A stretch of 64,000 bases of DNA from an uncultured virus (IMG/VR IMGVR_UViG_3300046691_000407) (IMGVR_UViG_3300046691_000407); one strand, 5' to 3'. Shown: positions 30,158 to 40,591, numbered from the stretch's first letter. Notes: a model not told the origin generated them from the sequence alone. A program made the numbers and translations.

Positions 30158-30858
30158 TCATGGCTGTCGCTGATGGATTCAGCGCATTGAGTGCCCGCAA
30201 GCGCCCATGCAAAATTCTGCCTGTGAAATGCAAGATGATCCGACACGACAAGCGCGATGGCTTCGGCCGCGCTTTCCCGCGCCTCATCGACAAGGATCTC
30301 CCTGTCATAGCCCCTTCCCGGATGGGTCATCCAGAAGCGAAGCATGCTCCTGCCGCCTGACATCGGGACGATATGCAGGTCGAAAAGAAGGTTGCGGGCG
30401 TCCGCGACGGCGAAATCTTCCAGGAACCGATCAAGGGTGGGTGTTCGGATGTTGTCGAAGAACCACCCGCCCTTGATCTTGAATTCGCGTTCGTTCGAGT
30501 CCCACCCGCTTCGGCCTGGCGCGGACGCAAGGCGCTTGCGGATATCGGAGAAGGCATCGCGCATGAAGATGCGGGCATTCTCATGCGCGATGCTGTCGTT
30601 GAGACGCACCTTGTCAATCCGGCCGGATCCCGGCGTGGCGCCGATTGACCAGATCAGAAGCTCGTCACCCTCGCTTGCGTCTGTCTCGCTGGATCGGAAG
30701 TAGAAGTCGTGCACCCGCCTGCCATTCGCAACGAGTGCTTCGCGGCACAGCTCCCACTTTCTGTGATCCACGACTCGTCCCTCGAATCCTTCGAGTTCCG
30801 GATCCCACAGAGGCGTGGGGCGAGAGTCCCATTTCCGGTTCTCGGACGACAAAGGCAT
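30124..30858 (-). CDS. hypothetical protein
   Basis: AAGGAG RBS, 244 aa. Confidence 0.7.
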   Translation of the reverse strand: MPLSSENRKWDSRPTPLWDPELEGFEGRVVDHRKWELCREALVANGRRVHDFYFRSSETDASEGDELLIWSIGATPGSGRIDKVRLNDSIAHENARIFMRDAFSDIRKRLASAPGRSGWDSNEREFKIKGGWFFDNIRTPTLDRFLEDFAVADARNLLFDLHIVPMSGGRSMLRFWMTHPGRGYDREILVDEARESAAEAIALVVSDHLAFHRQNFAWALAGTQCAESISDSHDRITSLMKKAA

Positions 30859-30897
30859 GCGGTCTCTCCTTGGGAGTATCTAATTGTGTTGGATGGC

Positions 30898-30937
30898 AAG
30901 AAAGACCGCCGCCACAGGCTTCCCCGTGGCGGCGGTG
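30898..30937 (-). terminator. intrinsic terminator
   Basis: ACCGCCGCCAC-loop-GTGGCGGCGGT, then CTTTCTT on the minus strand. Confidence 0.6.
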
Positions 30938-30951
30938 CATTTAGATTCCTG

Positions 30952-31245
30952 TCAGTGGACGGTGCGCGGCTCGGAAACCATCACCATCGCCTGACGGGTG
31001 TACTCGGCGCGGAGTTCGGCAAGAAGCGTCTCGTGCGCGAACTGTGTCATCGGGAATTCATGTGCCCGGTGGGCGTTGTCCGCGACGATGGTGGATTCAA
31101 GACCTATTCGTTCCTCGATCGCGTGGATGTCGCCAACGGCGTGGAATTCCTCGGTGACCCACTCGGCGGCTTCCTCCGCGGTGATGTCCCGCACTACAGG
31201 CGCAGGGCCGATAAGGGCACTGCTTTCTGCTGCACTGGTCTTCAT
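30952..31245 (-). CDS. small hypothetical protein
   Basis: GGAGG RBS. Confidence 0.6.
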   Translation of the reverse strand: MKTSAAESSALIGPAPVVRDITAEEAAEWVTEEFHAVGDIHAIEERIGLESTIVADNAHRAHEFPMTQFAHETLLAELRAEYTRQAMVMVSEPRTVH

Positions 31246-31364
31246 GGCTGACACGCCTCCAGGTTCAAACTGAATGCTTGCTACCATATTGTTGACAACG
31301 ACGCAAGCCAGCTCGGAATCTTGATCTGCATTCTGCGCCGATGTCGTTAGGGAATGGTTACTCT

Positions 31365-31589
31365 CTATTCCTCGGGGACACCCTCGACCCAGGCGCGAAC
31401 GCCTTCTTCATCGCCCTGCTTCAGGAGCAGCATGCCCCTGACGGCGAGATCGTGCATGGCTCCGGCGGTCTCGGGGTGCTTGGTCATGTCTGACACCATC
31501 GACCGATACGCGGCCGACGTATCCCCCATGTCGAGGTACTCGCGGGCGCGCTCCTTGCACCATTTCACATGCTCTGCGTATGTCGTCAC
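31365..31589 (-). CDS. small phage-like hypothetical protein
   Basis: AGGAGG RBS with GTG; H..WCK.RA.EY...SM.SD..KHPET. Confidence 0.7.
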   Translation of the reverse strand: MTTYAEHVKWCKERAREYLDMGDTSAAYRSMVSDMTKHPETAGAMHDLAVRGMLLLKQGDEEGVRAWVEGVPEE

Positions 31590-31648
31590 TGTCCGGCCTC
31601 CTGATCAAGGCCGACAACTAACCTCAGCGGGAGGAGGACTGCAAGCCC

Positions 31649-32173
31649 TCAGGCGAGGTGCGGCCTGGCGAAGGCATCTCCGTCATCGGGTTCCGGAAGG
31701 TCGCAGGCGTCGATCAAGGTTCCGGCGAGGAGGCATAGCAGCATGCACAGGTTGGTCACCGCGAGAAACATGGGCTTGGAGGAGAATGCATCGATGTTCT
31801 GAATGATCAGAAGCAGGACGACCATCTGCATGAAGCTGCGGAGCATGAAGTTGTCGCGCTCCGCCAGCGCCTGCGCCTGATACCTCTTGTAGAGGCGTGC
31901 ATCCCATTCCGAACGGATGGACGGAAGGTCGGCGACCAGCTTCGATCTGCAGACGAGTGCGAAGATCGCCACCCCGAAGAGCGTTAAGACGTGCCCCGCA
32001 GGGTCTGCTAGGACCATGGCGGATCCGAACAGGATGAATAGTCCCCGTGGGGCGTGATGGATCAGGACCGGGTTGACGCGGAACAGCATATAGGCTGATT
32101 TCATCACCTTTGCCGCGGCCCACAGGCCTGCCCTGTCGATCAGTTCGAATGGATTGCTTGCGAACGGGTTCAT
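31649..32173 (-). CDS. membrane protein (paralog 2)
   Basis: MNP...NP.E, RVNPV, DLP.IRS.W, DLPEPDDGD. Confidence 0.75.
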   Translation of the reverse strand: MNPFASNPFELIDRAGLWAAAKVMKSAYMLFRVNPVLIHHAPRGLFILFGSAMVLADPAGHVLTLFGVAIFALVCRSKLVADLPSIRSEWDARLYKRYQAQALAERDNFMLRSFMQMVVLLLIIQNIDAFSSKPMFLAVTNLCMLLCLLAGTLIDACDLPEPDDGDAFARPHLA

Positions 32174-32202
32174 GAATCCTTCCCTTTTCTGGTGTCTGCG
32201 GT

Positions 32203-32736
32203 TCAGGCCGAATGCGGCGCGGCGACGAAGTCCCCGTCGTCCGGCTCGGGAAGATCCGCCGCGACCATCCACTCGGTGAAGATGATGCTGAGCTCCATGA
32301 CGAGAAAGCAGGCGAATGGAACGGCGATCTTAAGGGCGACGGACCACACGATCGAGGTGCCCACGGTGATGCACAGCACTGCGGCGCACAGGACCACACG
32401 CCGGAATAGCGTGGTTTCCCGCGATTTCAACGCCTTGGCGCTGTAGGAGCGGAAGGTGTCGGCATTCCAGCCGGACCTGATGGCCGGAAGATCTTCGGAG
32501 ATGTGGGCGATGGCCACGAGCGCGAACGATGCCGCGAGAAGAAGCGTATGGAGGGATCCGGCGGGTCCGATGAGGGCCATCGCGGTCGTGGCGATGATCA
32601 GTGCGGCCCGCGGCGCATGACGCATGATTACGGGATTGACGCGCCACTTGCGGTAGGCGGCGGCGATCAACTTCTCCGCGACGCGGATGCCTGTGTCGTC
32701 TGCGAACTCGACGGGGTTCTGTGTTAAAGGATTCAT
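32203..32736 (-). CDS. membrane protein (paralog 1)
   Basis: Same motifs as 31649-32173. Confidence 0.75.
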   Translation of the reverse strand: MNPLTQNPVEFADDTGIRVAEKLIAAAYRKWRVNPVIMRHAPRAALIIATTAMALIGPAGSLHTLLLAASFALVAIAHISEDLPAIRSGWNADTFRSYSAKALKSRETTLFRRVVLCAAVLCITVGTSIVWSVALKIAVPFACFLVMELSIIFTEWMVAADLPEPDDGDFVAAPHSA

Positions 32737-32871
32737 TCGGATTTCCTTGGTGGTGACGAGTCCTTAGCACCGCCTCTGATATCGCGCAACAATTTCTTTC
32801 CTGGGTGCGCTATAATTGTTGACAATGGAAAGGACTCGGATAAAGTGGCCCGCAACACAATGGAGTAGAGA

Positions 32872-34725
32872 ATGCGCGCACCCATCGAAGTCCTTCGCAA
32901 CGTTTTCGGCCACGAGGAATTCCGCGACCTGCAGGGCGAGGTCGTCCAGCATGTCTGCGACGGAAACGATGCGCTGGTTCTCTTCCCCACGGGCAAGGGC
33001 AAGTCTCTGTGCTACCAGATCCCGGCGATCTGCCGCGACGGCGTCGGCATCGTCGTCTCCCCGCTCCTCTCCCTGATGCGCGACCAGCTCTCCAAGCTAG
33101 AGGAGAAGGGGGTCGTCGCCGTCACGATCAATTCGGACACGAAGGTCGCCGACCGCCGCGAGATCGAAGAGGCCCTCAAGGCCGGCCAGATCGATCTTCT
33201 CTATGTCACCCCCGAGCAGGTCGCCACGTCGCGCTTCAAGGCTCTTCTCAAGGAGATCGAGGTTTCTGTCATCGGCATCGATGAAGCGCATTGCTGCGTT
33301 TCCTTCGGCTCGGACTTCCGCCCGGACTATGCGGCACTCAGCATTCTCCGCAGCATCCTTCCCGATGTTCCGGTCGTCGCCGCCACGGCCAGTGCCGACG
33401 AGGAGACGGTAGCCGAGATCCTCCGCCTCCTCGACATCGCCGGCGCGGAGAAATTCCAGTCGAGCTTCGACCGCGCCAACATCCACTACACGATGGAATT
33501 CAAGTCGAAGAAGCCGAAGGAGCAGGTGCTCGCGGCCATCGAGAAGCACAAGGGCGAGAGCGTCATCGTCTACTGCATCGGCCGCAACACCGTCGACAAG
33601 ACCGCCGAATGGCTCCGCGAGGAAGGCTACTCCGCCCTTCCCTATCATGCAGGCATGAAGCAGTCCGACCGCGACAGCAACCAGGACATGTTTATCCGCG
33701 GGGACGTGGACATCATCGTCGCCACGGTCGCTTTCGGCATGGGCATCGACAAGCCGGACGTCCGCGCCGTCGTCCACACCGACATGCCGACAGGCGTCGA
33801 GGCCTTCTATCAGGAATCCGGACGTGCGGGCCGCGACGGCCTGCCTTCGCGTTCCTATGTCTTCTATGGCAACGCCAACGTCGTGCAGCGCCAGCGCATG
33901 ATCAAGAAGAGCAAGGGCGGCGTCGTCGTCAAGCGGACCGGTCAGGCCAAGCTCGACGCGCAGATCGGCGTTCTCGAGACGGCAGGCTGCCGCCGCAAGG
34001 CCATCCTACATTACTTCGGCGAGGCCTATGGCGCTTCCTGCGGCAACTGCGACAACTGCGAGAAGGCTCCCTCCACGCGCGATGCGACAGCGGAAGCGAA
34101 CGTGATCGTCGACGTCGTCCGTGCGGGTTCGCGCCTGACCGCCTACGAGATCGTCGGCCAGGCCTGCAATTCGTCGCGGTACAGCAAGTCCGACGATGGC
34201 TGGTCGCGCTGGTCAGCGGTCGTCCGGCAGATGGTTGCGGCGGGCATCCTCGACGTCTCCTATGGCAATCAGGCCCAGATCACGCTCAATCCCGCCATCG
34301 ACACGCCCATCGCCGAAGGCTCGTTCCTGATGCGGAACGTTCACCAGCTCACGTCCGCGAAGGTGCGTTCGACCGGATCGCGCAAGTCTGCCGGTTCCCG
34401 CCAGTCTTCGTCTTCGGCGGCCACGACCCGCCGCGCGCCAGCCAGAGCGTCCGCGCCGCGCGCCCGCCGCAACCCGTACGAGGTCGAGGAGAGCTTCGGC
34501 GAAGGCATGGATCTGGTCGCAGCCCTCAAGAAGAAGCGAAAGCAGCTTGCAGCGGCCATGGGGGTGAAGGAATACTTCGTGGTCCATAACGAACCCATCG
34601 AGGAAATGGCCCGGCTCAAGCCGCGCAATGCCCGCGAGCTGCTCGAGATCCGTGGCATCGGCCAGAAGAAGGTCGAGCAGTACGGTGGCGTGTGGCTCAG
34701 CATCATCAACCGATTTGCCGCCTGA
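32872..34725 (+). CDS. recQ: RecQ helicase with Zn-binding, degenerate RQC and HRDC regions
   Basis: PTGKGKS, DEAH, YHAG, ATVAFGMGIDK, QESGRAGRDG, CGNCDNC, C-terminal GIG..K..YG. Confidence 0.95.
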   Translation: MRAPIEVLRNVFGHEEFRDLQGEVVQHVCDGNDALVLFPTGKGKSLCYQIPAICRDGVGIVVSPLLSLMRDQLSKLEEKGVVAVTINSDTKVADRREIEEALKAGQIDLLYVTPEQVATSRFKALLKEIEVSVIGIDEAHCCVSFGSDFRPDYAALSILRSILPDVPVVAATASADEETVAEILRLLDIAGAEKFQSSFDRANIHYTMEFKSKKPKEQVLAAIEKHKGESVIVYCIGRNTVDKTAEWLREEGYSALPYHAGMKQSDRDSNQDMFIRGDVDIIVATVAFGMGIDKPDVRAVVHTDMPTGVEAFYQESGRAGRDGLPSRSYVFYGNANVVQRQRMIKKSKGGVVVKRTGQAKLDAQIGVLETAGCRRKAILHYFGEAYGASCGNCDNCEKAPSTRDATAEANVIVDVVRAGSRLTAYEIVGQACNSSRYSKSDDGWSRWSAVVRQMVAAGILDVSYGNQAQITLNPAIDTPIAEGSFLMRNVHQLTSAKVRSTGSRKSAGSRQSSSSAATTRRAPARASAPRARRNPYEVEESFGEGMDLVAALKKKRKQLAAAMGVKEYFVVHNEPIEEMARLKPRNARELLEIRGIGQKKVEQYGGVWLSIINRFAA

Positions 34726-34751
34726 GAAATCTGGCGAGAAAGGAATAGAAA

Positions 34752-35114
34752 GTGGCTGAAAACATTCGATACATGGTCGCCTATCGCGCCTACCGGTACA
34801 ACGACGGCAGCGCCAACAACGCCGAGCTGAAGCGCGAGGTCGAGGTCAAGTCGGCCGAGGAAGCCCTGAAGGTCGTCGCGCGCATCGAGAAGGCTGCGAA
34901 GCGATACAAGGACGGGTGTGCCGGCATCCACGACGACGAAGACGAGGACGACAGCGATGTCGAACAGTCCTACGAGGAGAGAGAAAACTATCTCATGGAC
35001 TGGCTCATTGGCGGCATGTGCGGTGGCTTCTTCTATCCCGGTGCCAAGGCCTATGTCGATCACATCCGCCGCGAGGTGCTTGAGGCTCCGGCCAAGGTCG
35101 AAGGTGCGGCATGA
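34752..35114 (+). CDS. hypothetical protein
   Basis: AAGGA RBS with GTG. Confidence 0.7.
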   Translation: MAENIRYMVAYRAYRYNDGSANNAELKREVEVKSAEEALKVVARIEKAAKRYKDGCAGIHDDEDEDDSDVEQSYEERENYLMDWLIGGMCGGFFYPGAKAYVDHIRREVLEAPAKVEGAA

Positions 35115-35335
35115 TTGGAAGGCTCCTTCCCCGCGATCTCTGGCATCTTGAGAAGGCGCTGACGGCGACCGCTATGATGGGGGCCGTCCTCCTGACCGTG
35201 ACGGGGTTCGTGTCGATCGGCGAACGCCTCGGGTGGATCGCCGGCAGCATCTTCGCCGCTTTCGCCCTGTCGGTTTGCATCTGGATCATCGTCAGGTTCG
35301 TTCCCTTGAGCGAATGTACGGGACGCAAGTCATGA
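35111..35335 (+). CDS. small two-TM protein
   Basis: ATGA overlaps at both ends. Confidence 0.65.
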   Translation: MIGRLLPRDLWHLEKALTATAMMGAVLLTVTGFVSIGERLGWIAGSIFAAFALSVCIWIIVRFVPLSECTGRKS

Positions 35336-35703
35336 GCTGGGTGGGTGACATGCTCAAGGCCGCAGCGTCCTCCGCAGAGCCGCGTGCCGTTGAAAAGAAG
35401 GTTCCTTCGGACAGGCAGCTACAGGTGCGGCAGGCCAACGCCGTCCGCGTCGCTGACAGGATCTCCGGCCTCATCGCCACGGGTCACCAGGTGTTCGACG
35501 AGGCGGGAGACCAGATCCTCGAAGTTATCGTCGGCAAGGGCGGCGACGTGCTGTTCAGGTTCCGTGACGGCGGCAACACCGTCATGTTCATGAACGCCAA
35601 GGACTACGACAACGGTGCAATGGACAGCGTCAAGGCGTTCAACGCCTCGTTCGCCGGGTGGACCTTCCTTCATCCGAAGGACATCAGGCCGCTGAAGATC
35701 TGA
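35332..35703 (+). CDS. hypothetical protein
   Basis: ATGA coupling. Confidence 0.65.
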   Translation: MSWVGDMLKAAASSAEPRAVEKKVPSDRQLQVRQANAVRVADRISGLIATGHQVFDEAGDQILEVIVGKGGDVLFRFRDGGNTVMFMNAKDYDNGAMDSVKAFNASFAGWTFLHPKDIRPLKI

Positions 35704-35713
35704 AGGATAGGAA

Positions 35714-36190
35714 ATGACGGACGCACTTGCTATCGCCGAGGCCTACGAGGTCGACTTCGGAAACGTGGTCGGAGCCAACGAATTCTCATACGGGCACGAG
35801 GCCGGGCAGATCTTCGCTGCCGTGATTCGCTATCACGAGGCGGAATCGCCGTCCGTCGCGCTCCTGCGGCGCATCCGGGCCACAAAAGTGGGAAATTCTG
35901 CCGCCGAAGAGATCGACGCGCTGCTTGCGCGGATTGCCGAGCGATCCGAAGACCGCTCTTCATCGATGACATTCACCCGGGCGATGCTCCACGCGAAGGA
36001 GAACGCTGGCACGGGCATCGGGGTGAGACGGCCGGAGCAGGCCTTCCTCGTCTTCTATGATGCGACGATCGCGCTGGGCGGGTCGGAGTACGGTCTCGTC
36101 CGTCAGTTGGACGATGGCAGGGTCATGCCATACTTCCCGGACATCGCGGACATCGCCGCCGCCGACTGGGCGGAGTTCGTCGCGAAGTAG
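35714..36190 (+). CDS. hypothetical protein
   Basis: AGGA RBS. Confidence 0.7.
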   Translation: MTDALAIAEAYEVDFGNVVGANEFSYGHEAGQIFAAVIRYHEAESPSVALLRRIRATKVGNSAAEEIDALLARIAERSEDRSSSMTFTRAMLHAKENAGTGIGVRRPEQAFLVFYDATIALGGSEYGLVRQLDDGRVMPYFPDIADIAAADWAEFVAK

Positions 36191-36296
36191 GACGCTCGCG
36201 CTCGTCTGAACCGCCTCGCAAACCAGCACTTTGGCTGGAAAAGGCCCAAGCTATTTGATAGCCTCCGCCATCGATCGCCAGGCGGGGAGATTCGCA

Positions 36297-37400
36297 ATGC
36301 CAAGCAAACGGGAGCTGCAGGGTCTCGAGGATATATACAGAAACGGTCTCTTCGATGAGGCGTGCACGGGGGCGATGAGGCTCCTCGACCGAGACGGCGC
36401 CAATGACGAGCTTTTCGCGGTCCTGGACAGGTGCGCGGAGCACGCGGCCGACCTGGCATACGGTGCGGCGCTCAGCTACATCCGCTTCGAGCGGCCGGAT
36501 CCCGGCTATTCGAAGACCGAGAAGCTCCTGCGAAGGGTCATTGAGGACGACGGCTCTGTCATCCCGGGCGGACATTACTACCTGGCGCACATACTCCTTC
36601 GTTCGAAAGCGACAGAGGCCGAGGGCATCGCTCATCTCGAGGAAGCGGCGGATCTCGACCACGGCGAAGCGCAGGCGGAGATCGGAGCGCACTGGTATTT
36701 CGGCAGCCATGGCCTGGTGAAGGACGAGGAGGCCGCGGTGGAGTGGCTCTCGCGTGCCGTCGAAAGCGGAAGCGTGGCCGGACACGTCAACATGGCCAAG
36801 TACATCCTCGGGAACGGCGACGAAGACATCGGGTACAATCCCATCGAGCTCCTGCAGTTCGCCGCAGCCCATGGCAGCTCGGAGGCGACGATGATCCTCC
36901 GGTCGATCGATCCCGACAGCGATCCCGAGCAGCACGAGCCGATGCTGCCATATGTCGTCATTCCCGCCGACATGTCCCGGCCCTCCAAGGTCATGGTCGC
37001 CATGATGGAGGAGTTTGGCATGCCCGATCATGTCGCATCGCCCATCGTCGCGGCAATGTTCGGCTTTCCGGATTGGAAGCTCTTCGCCACGGCCGTCCAC
37101 GACAGAGGGAGGAAGAGAGGCAAGTTCGACGAGGAATGCTCGGAGGAGGAACGCGCCGAGCGGGTGCGCCTCCAGACTTCGGTGCTCATGAACTTCGTGA
37201 GCATGCCTCAGGTGGTGGCGGAGATCGCGGTGGGGCTTCTGCGGCCGACCGCGATGAAGGGGCCTTGCTCCCTCAGGAAGCTTGATGAGGCGACCGCGCA
37301 TCTGGGAACGTCCCTTCCCTTCGACATGCCTCCTGAGCTTCTCGCCGGACTTCTGGAGGCAGCAAGGGAATACATCCGCCGTCATGGCTTGGAAGGATAG
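36297..37400 (+). CDS. Sel1/TPR-repeat protein (paralog 1)
   Basis: AQAEIG..YFG.HG..KD...AVEWL.RA..SG repeats plus conserved C-terminal domain. Confidence 0.75.
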   Translation: MPSKRELQGLEDIYRNGLFDEACTGAMRLLDRDGANDELFAVLDRCAEHAADLAYGAALSYIRFERPDPGYSKTEKLLRRVIEDDGSVIPGGHYYLAHILLRSKATEAEGIAHLEEAADLDHGEAQAEIGAHWYFGSHGLVKDEEAAVEWLSRAVESGSVAGHVNMAKYILGNGDEDIGYNPIELLQFAAAHGSSEATMILRSIDPDSDPEQHEPMLPYVVIPADMSRPSKVMVAMMEEFGMPDHVASPIVAAMFGFPDWKLFATAVHDRGRKRGKFDEECSEEERAERVRLQTSVLMNFVSMPQVVAEIAVGLLRPTAMKGPCSLRKLDEATAHLGTSLPFDMPPELLAGLLEAAREYIRRHGLEG

Positions 37401-37410
37401 GAGCGATCCC

Positions 37411-38454
37411 ATGATCAAGAAGAAGCTTGCAGGCGTGAGGCGGCTGATCGAGGACGGCTTCATCGAGGAGGCCGGCGTCGCCATTGCCAGGATGCGCCCG
37501 CGAATAGATGGCTTGAAGGAATTCGAGGAACTCATGGAAATTGCCTGCGATATCGCCCTTGGATCGCAGGATGCCGCTGTTCTAGTCGGCGAAAGGCATT
37601 TCGGAACCAACGTCTACCTGCCAGTGCCGACAAGACTGGCCGACAAGGCGGTCGTGAAGGCTCTGCGCAAGGCCGAAAACGGAGATGACCACGGGCTCGC
37701 CGTCAGGGCCACCAGCCTCATCGGATGCCATCTGATCGGCCAGTCGGGAGGCAAGTCCGTCAAGGAGGGAATACAGAAGCTGAACCACGCACGGCGCTCC
37801 GGCGACCTCGATGCGACGCTTGCCCTCGCCGACCACTACAGGACGAGCGGCGGGCGCAGCGCCACAGACATCAACTCAGCGATGATGCTCTACGCGCAGG
37901 CGATAGAGGAGCACGATGACGGTTCCGCGAGATATTTCCTTGCCCGGATGATGATCGACTACGGAGTGGACTTCCGGCACTACGACGTAAACGAGCTGAT
38001 GGAGGAAGCGGCCGGGTACGGCATCGAAGAGGCCGAGGACTATCTGGAGTCGCTGCCGAGGGAACTCGAGAGCGACGACCTTCCTGACGTGCCCTATACC
38101 GTCGTTCCTGCGGATCCGATCCGGCTGCGCATGGCGAGGAACGCGCTGATGTCGGCCTATGGGGCGACGCGCGGCACCGCAGAGGCGGTCGTGGCGGCGA
38201 TGCACGGCCACTTCGACTGGGAGAATCTCGTCGATGACGCGCGAACGCGGGAGGCCCCGAACGGCCCCTTCGACGAAGATGTTGATCCGGAGGTGCGTGA
38301 CGAATTGCGCGAAGCTCAGGCGGAGATCCTGATCGAGGCGTTTGACCTGACACCGGGTGCCGCCGATGTGGCGGTCGGACTGCTGGCGCTGACCTCCAAG
38401 GGTAGGCTGCCGGATCTATCCGAGTTGCGACCGGATCGGGAACGACGGAACTAG
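37411..38454 (+). CDS. Sel1/TPR-like protein (paralog 2)
   Basis: Shares PY.V.PAD...VAAM.G..DW...G.FDE with paralog 1. Confidence 0.75.
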   Translation: MIKKKLAGVRRLIEDGFIEEAGVAIARMRPRIDGLKEFEELMEIACDIALGSQDAAVLVGERHFGTNVYLPVPTRLADKAVVKALRKAENGDDHGLAVRATSLIGCHLIGQSGGKSVKEGIQKLNHARRSGDLDATLALADHYRTSGGRSATDINSAMMLYAQAIEEHDDGSARYFLARMMIDYGVDFRHYDVNELMEEAAGYGIEEAEDYLESLPRELESDDLPDVPYTVVPADPIRLRMARNALMSAYGATRGTAEAVVAAMHGHFDWENLVDDARTREAPNGPFDEDVDPEVRDELREAQAEILIEAFDLTPGAADVAVGLLALTSKGRLPDLSELRPDRERRN

Positions 38455-38457
38455 GGG

Positions 38458-38667
38458 TCACCAGCTCCTGAGCATGATGTCCGCGTTGCAGCCGGGGCAG
38501 ACGATCCACTCGCGTCCGTCCGAGCCGCCGCTGTAGTCGGTGCCGCTGTAGCACTTCACGTCGTTCTTCGTGTATTCGACGATCGCGCCGCAGCCGATGC
38601 GGTATGGTGAGGACTTGCAGGTGATGCGGGATTTGGCGGAATTGTCATAGCCGACAACCAGGGCCAT
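38458..38667 (-). CDS. small Zn-ribbon protein
   Basis: AGGAG RBS; C...CG...CPGC. Confidence 0.7.
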   Translation of the reverse strand: MALVVGYDNSAKSRITCKSSPYRIGCGAIVEYTKNDVKCYSGTDYSGGSDGREWIVCPGCNADIMLRSW

Positions 38668-38736
38668 CGCGGGTCTCCTTGGCCATGTTTGGCCAGGATT
38701 CAATTGCACCTCATGGCGGGATTTGTGTCAACGATT

Positions 38737-39126
38737 TCAGCGCATTTTCGCCGAGTTCGCAGATATTGGTTTTCCGGGGTTGCGACCCATCCAGACGGAC
38801 TCGTCACCGAGGCTGAAGTCGCCTTCGAAACCGAAGCGGCGATAGAATTCGACCAGTGATCCAAGTTCTATGTCGTCATCCGGATCGTCCTGCTCCTCCG
38901 GAAGCGCCTCGAGGCCGATGACCACGCCGAACCGATCCGCGGCCTTGACCAGCTCGTCCATGACCTCCGTGGCGTATCCCTGGCGGAGGCTGTCGGGGAA
39001 GGTCGCGAGGCGCTGGATCGACACCTCGAAGCTCGAATCCATCTCCAGCGCCAGGCGCACGGGGACGCGGCCGACGGCAAGGAATTCATCCATTGTTGCG
39101 ATGAGCTTTTCGGCAGGTTCCTTCAT
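38737..39126 (-). CDS. GNAT-fold acetyltransferase-like protein
   Basis: RQGYA motif A; LVEFYRRFGF. Confidence 0.7.
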   Translation of the reverse strand: MKEPAEKLIATMDEFLAVGRVPVRLALEMDSSFEVSIQRLATFPDSLRQGYATEVMDELVKAADRFGVVIGLEALPEEQDDPDDDIELGSLVEFYRRFGFEGDFSLGDESVWMGRNPGKPISANSAKMR

Positions 39127-39196
39127 CGATGTCTCCCGGTGGTGGTTGGCCTGGAAGATCAGCCGAGATACTGCATTGGACAACAACTTCCGGAAG

Positions 39197-40456
39197 TCAG
39201 GCCGCTCGGCGCGGTGACATCTCCTCGAAGGCCTCGTTGAAAGCCTCGGCGCATTTCGCGAGCATCGCATCGCGTTCCCGACCATTCACCTGCATCAGGT
39301 CCGCGAGGTCGATGACGTGGCTCCAGACCGCGGCGGTCTTTTTGTCGAGCACGGGCGGGACGATGGCCTCGAGCGGTGCGGCGGGTTCGACCAGCGGTTC
39401 CGGTTCGGGTGGTCCGACGGTCTCGGGCAAGGGTGCCGGCTCAGGAACCGCTTCCGTCTCGGCCGGTTCGGTCGTTACAGCCGGGACTGCATCGATTTCT
39501 GGAGGCGCGACAGGTTCGGCAGGAGCAACCGCATGAAGCCCGTCCGCGACCTTCGCTGCGTGCTGGAACAGGGCTGTTGCCACGAACCTTGCCAGCTCGA
39601 CGGGGACCGCGTTGCCGATCATCTGCTCCTTCGCGGCCTTGGTAACGTCGACGTCGAAGTAGCCATGTGGGAACGTCTGGATGCGCGCCCTCTCCTCGAG
39701 TGTCAGCGAACGGACCTCGGAAAGATCCTGCACGGCGTCGTTGCCATGGAGCTTGTAGGTTGGCGGCATCGGGCGGTTGATGCCCCTGATGGTCGGTGAT
39801 GGCTCATCGAGCGAGAAGATCGCCCGGCGCTGGTATGTCCGTGGATGGCGGTAGTAGAACTCCGCATCGATCTCGTCGGAGAGATAGTCGCGCACGGTCA
39901 TCGGCCTGGCGGACTGCCCGCTTTCGAGTGCGCCGAGCAGGAAGTCGTCCGCCTCCCCCAGCATGCCGATCATGAACATGCGCTTCCGGAGCTGCGGGAC
40001 CCCGCAGTGGGATGCATTGAGCACGATCGTGGTGAGGCCGTAGCCCGCCTCCTTGAAGATGCCGACCGCGGCCGCGTAGGCATCGGAAAGCTGTGCCCGC
40101 GGCACGTTCTCCATGATGAAGGCTCTGGGAAGCGTGCGCGCGACGACGCGGGCGTACTTGACCGTGAGATCCGCTCGATCCCCTTCCTTCCGGTGTCCCG
40201 CGCTGGAGAAGTCCTGACAGGGTGGCCCGCCAGCGACTAGAAAAGGCTTGTATCGAGACACGAGTTCGACGGTGCCGTCCTCGTCCGACAGGTCGTGCAC
40301 GACGGCGTCGTGTCCAGGCTTTCCGTTGTTGGCGGCATAGACCCTGACAGCCTCGTCCCACGCGTCGATCCCGGCGGAAACGTCAAAGCCGCCTTCCGAT
40401 AGTCCCCGGGAGAGTCCGCCGCATCCGCAGAAAAGATCGACCGCAGTGAATTGCAT
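39197..40456 (-). CDS. DNA (cytosine-5) methyltransferase with Pro/Glu linker and extra C-terminal segment
   Basis: DLFCGCGG, GPPCQDFS, ENV, Q.RKR, IGNAV. Confidence 0.95.
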   Translation of the reverse strand: MQFTAVDLFCGCGGLSRGLSEGGFDVSAGIDAWDEAVRVYAANNGKPGHDAVVHDLSDEDGTVELVSRYKPFLVAGGPPCQDFSSAGHRKEGDRADLTVKYARVVARTLPRAFIMENVPRAQLSDAYAAAVGIFKEAGYGLTTIVLNASHCGVPQLRKRMFMIGMLGEADDFLLGALESGQSARPMTVRDYLSDEIDAEFYYRHPRTYQRRAIFSLDEPSPTIRGINRPMPPTYKLHGNDAVQDLSEVRSLTLEERARIQTFPHGYFDVDVTKAAKEQMIGNAVPVELARFVATALFQHAAKVADGLHAVAPAEPVAPPEIDAVPAVTTEPAETEAVPEPAPLPETVGPPEPEPLVEPAAPLEAIVPPVLDKKTAAVWSHVIDLADLMQVNGRERDAMLAKCAEAFNEAFEEMSPRRAA

Positions 40457-40591
40457 CCAATGTCCTTGCTGCCGAAAGGAATCAGCAATTGGTAGAACAA
40501 CTTGGATGGAAGAATTCGTTGGGCCAGTCAATGGCGACCCGGCCGTTTCCCCCATGGAATTCGCCTCGGGCCGCTGACGTGTCGTTGCGGG

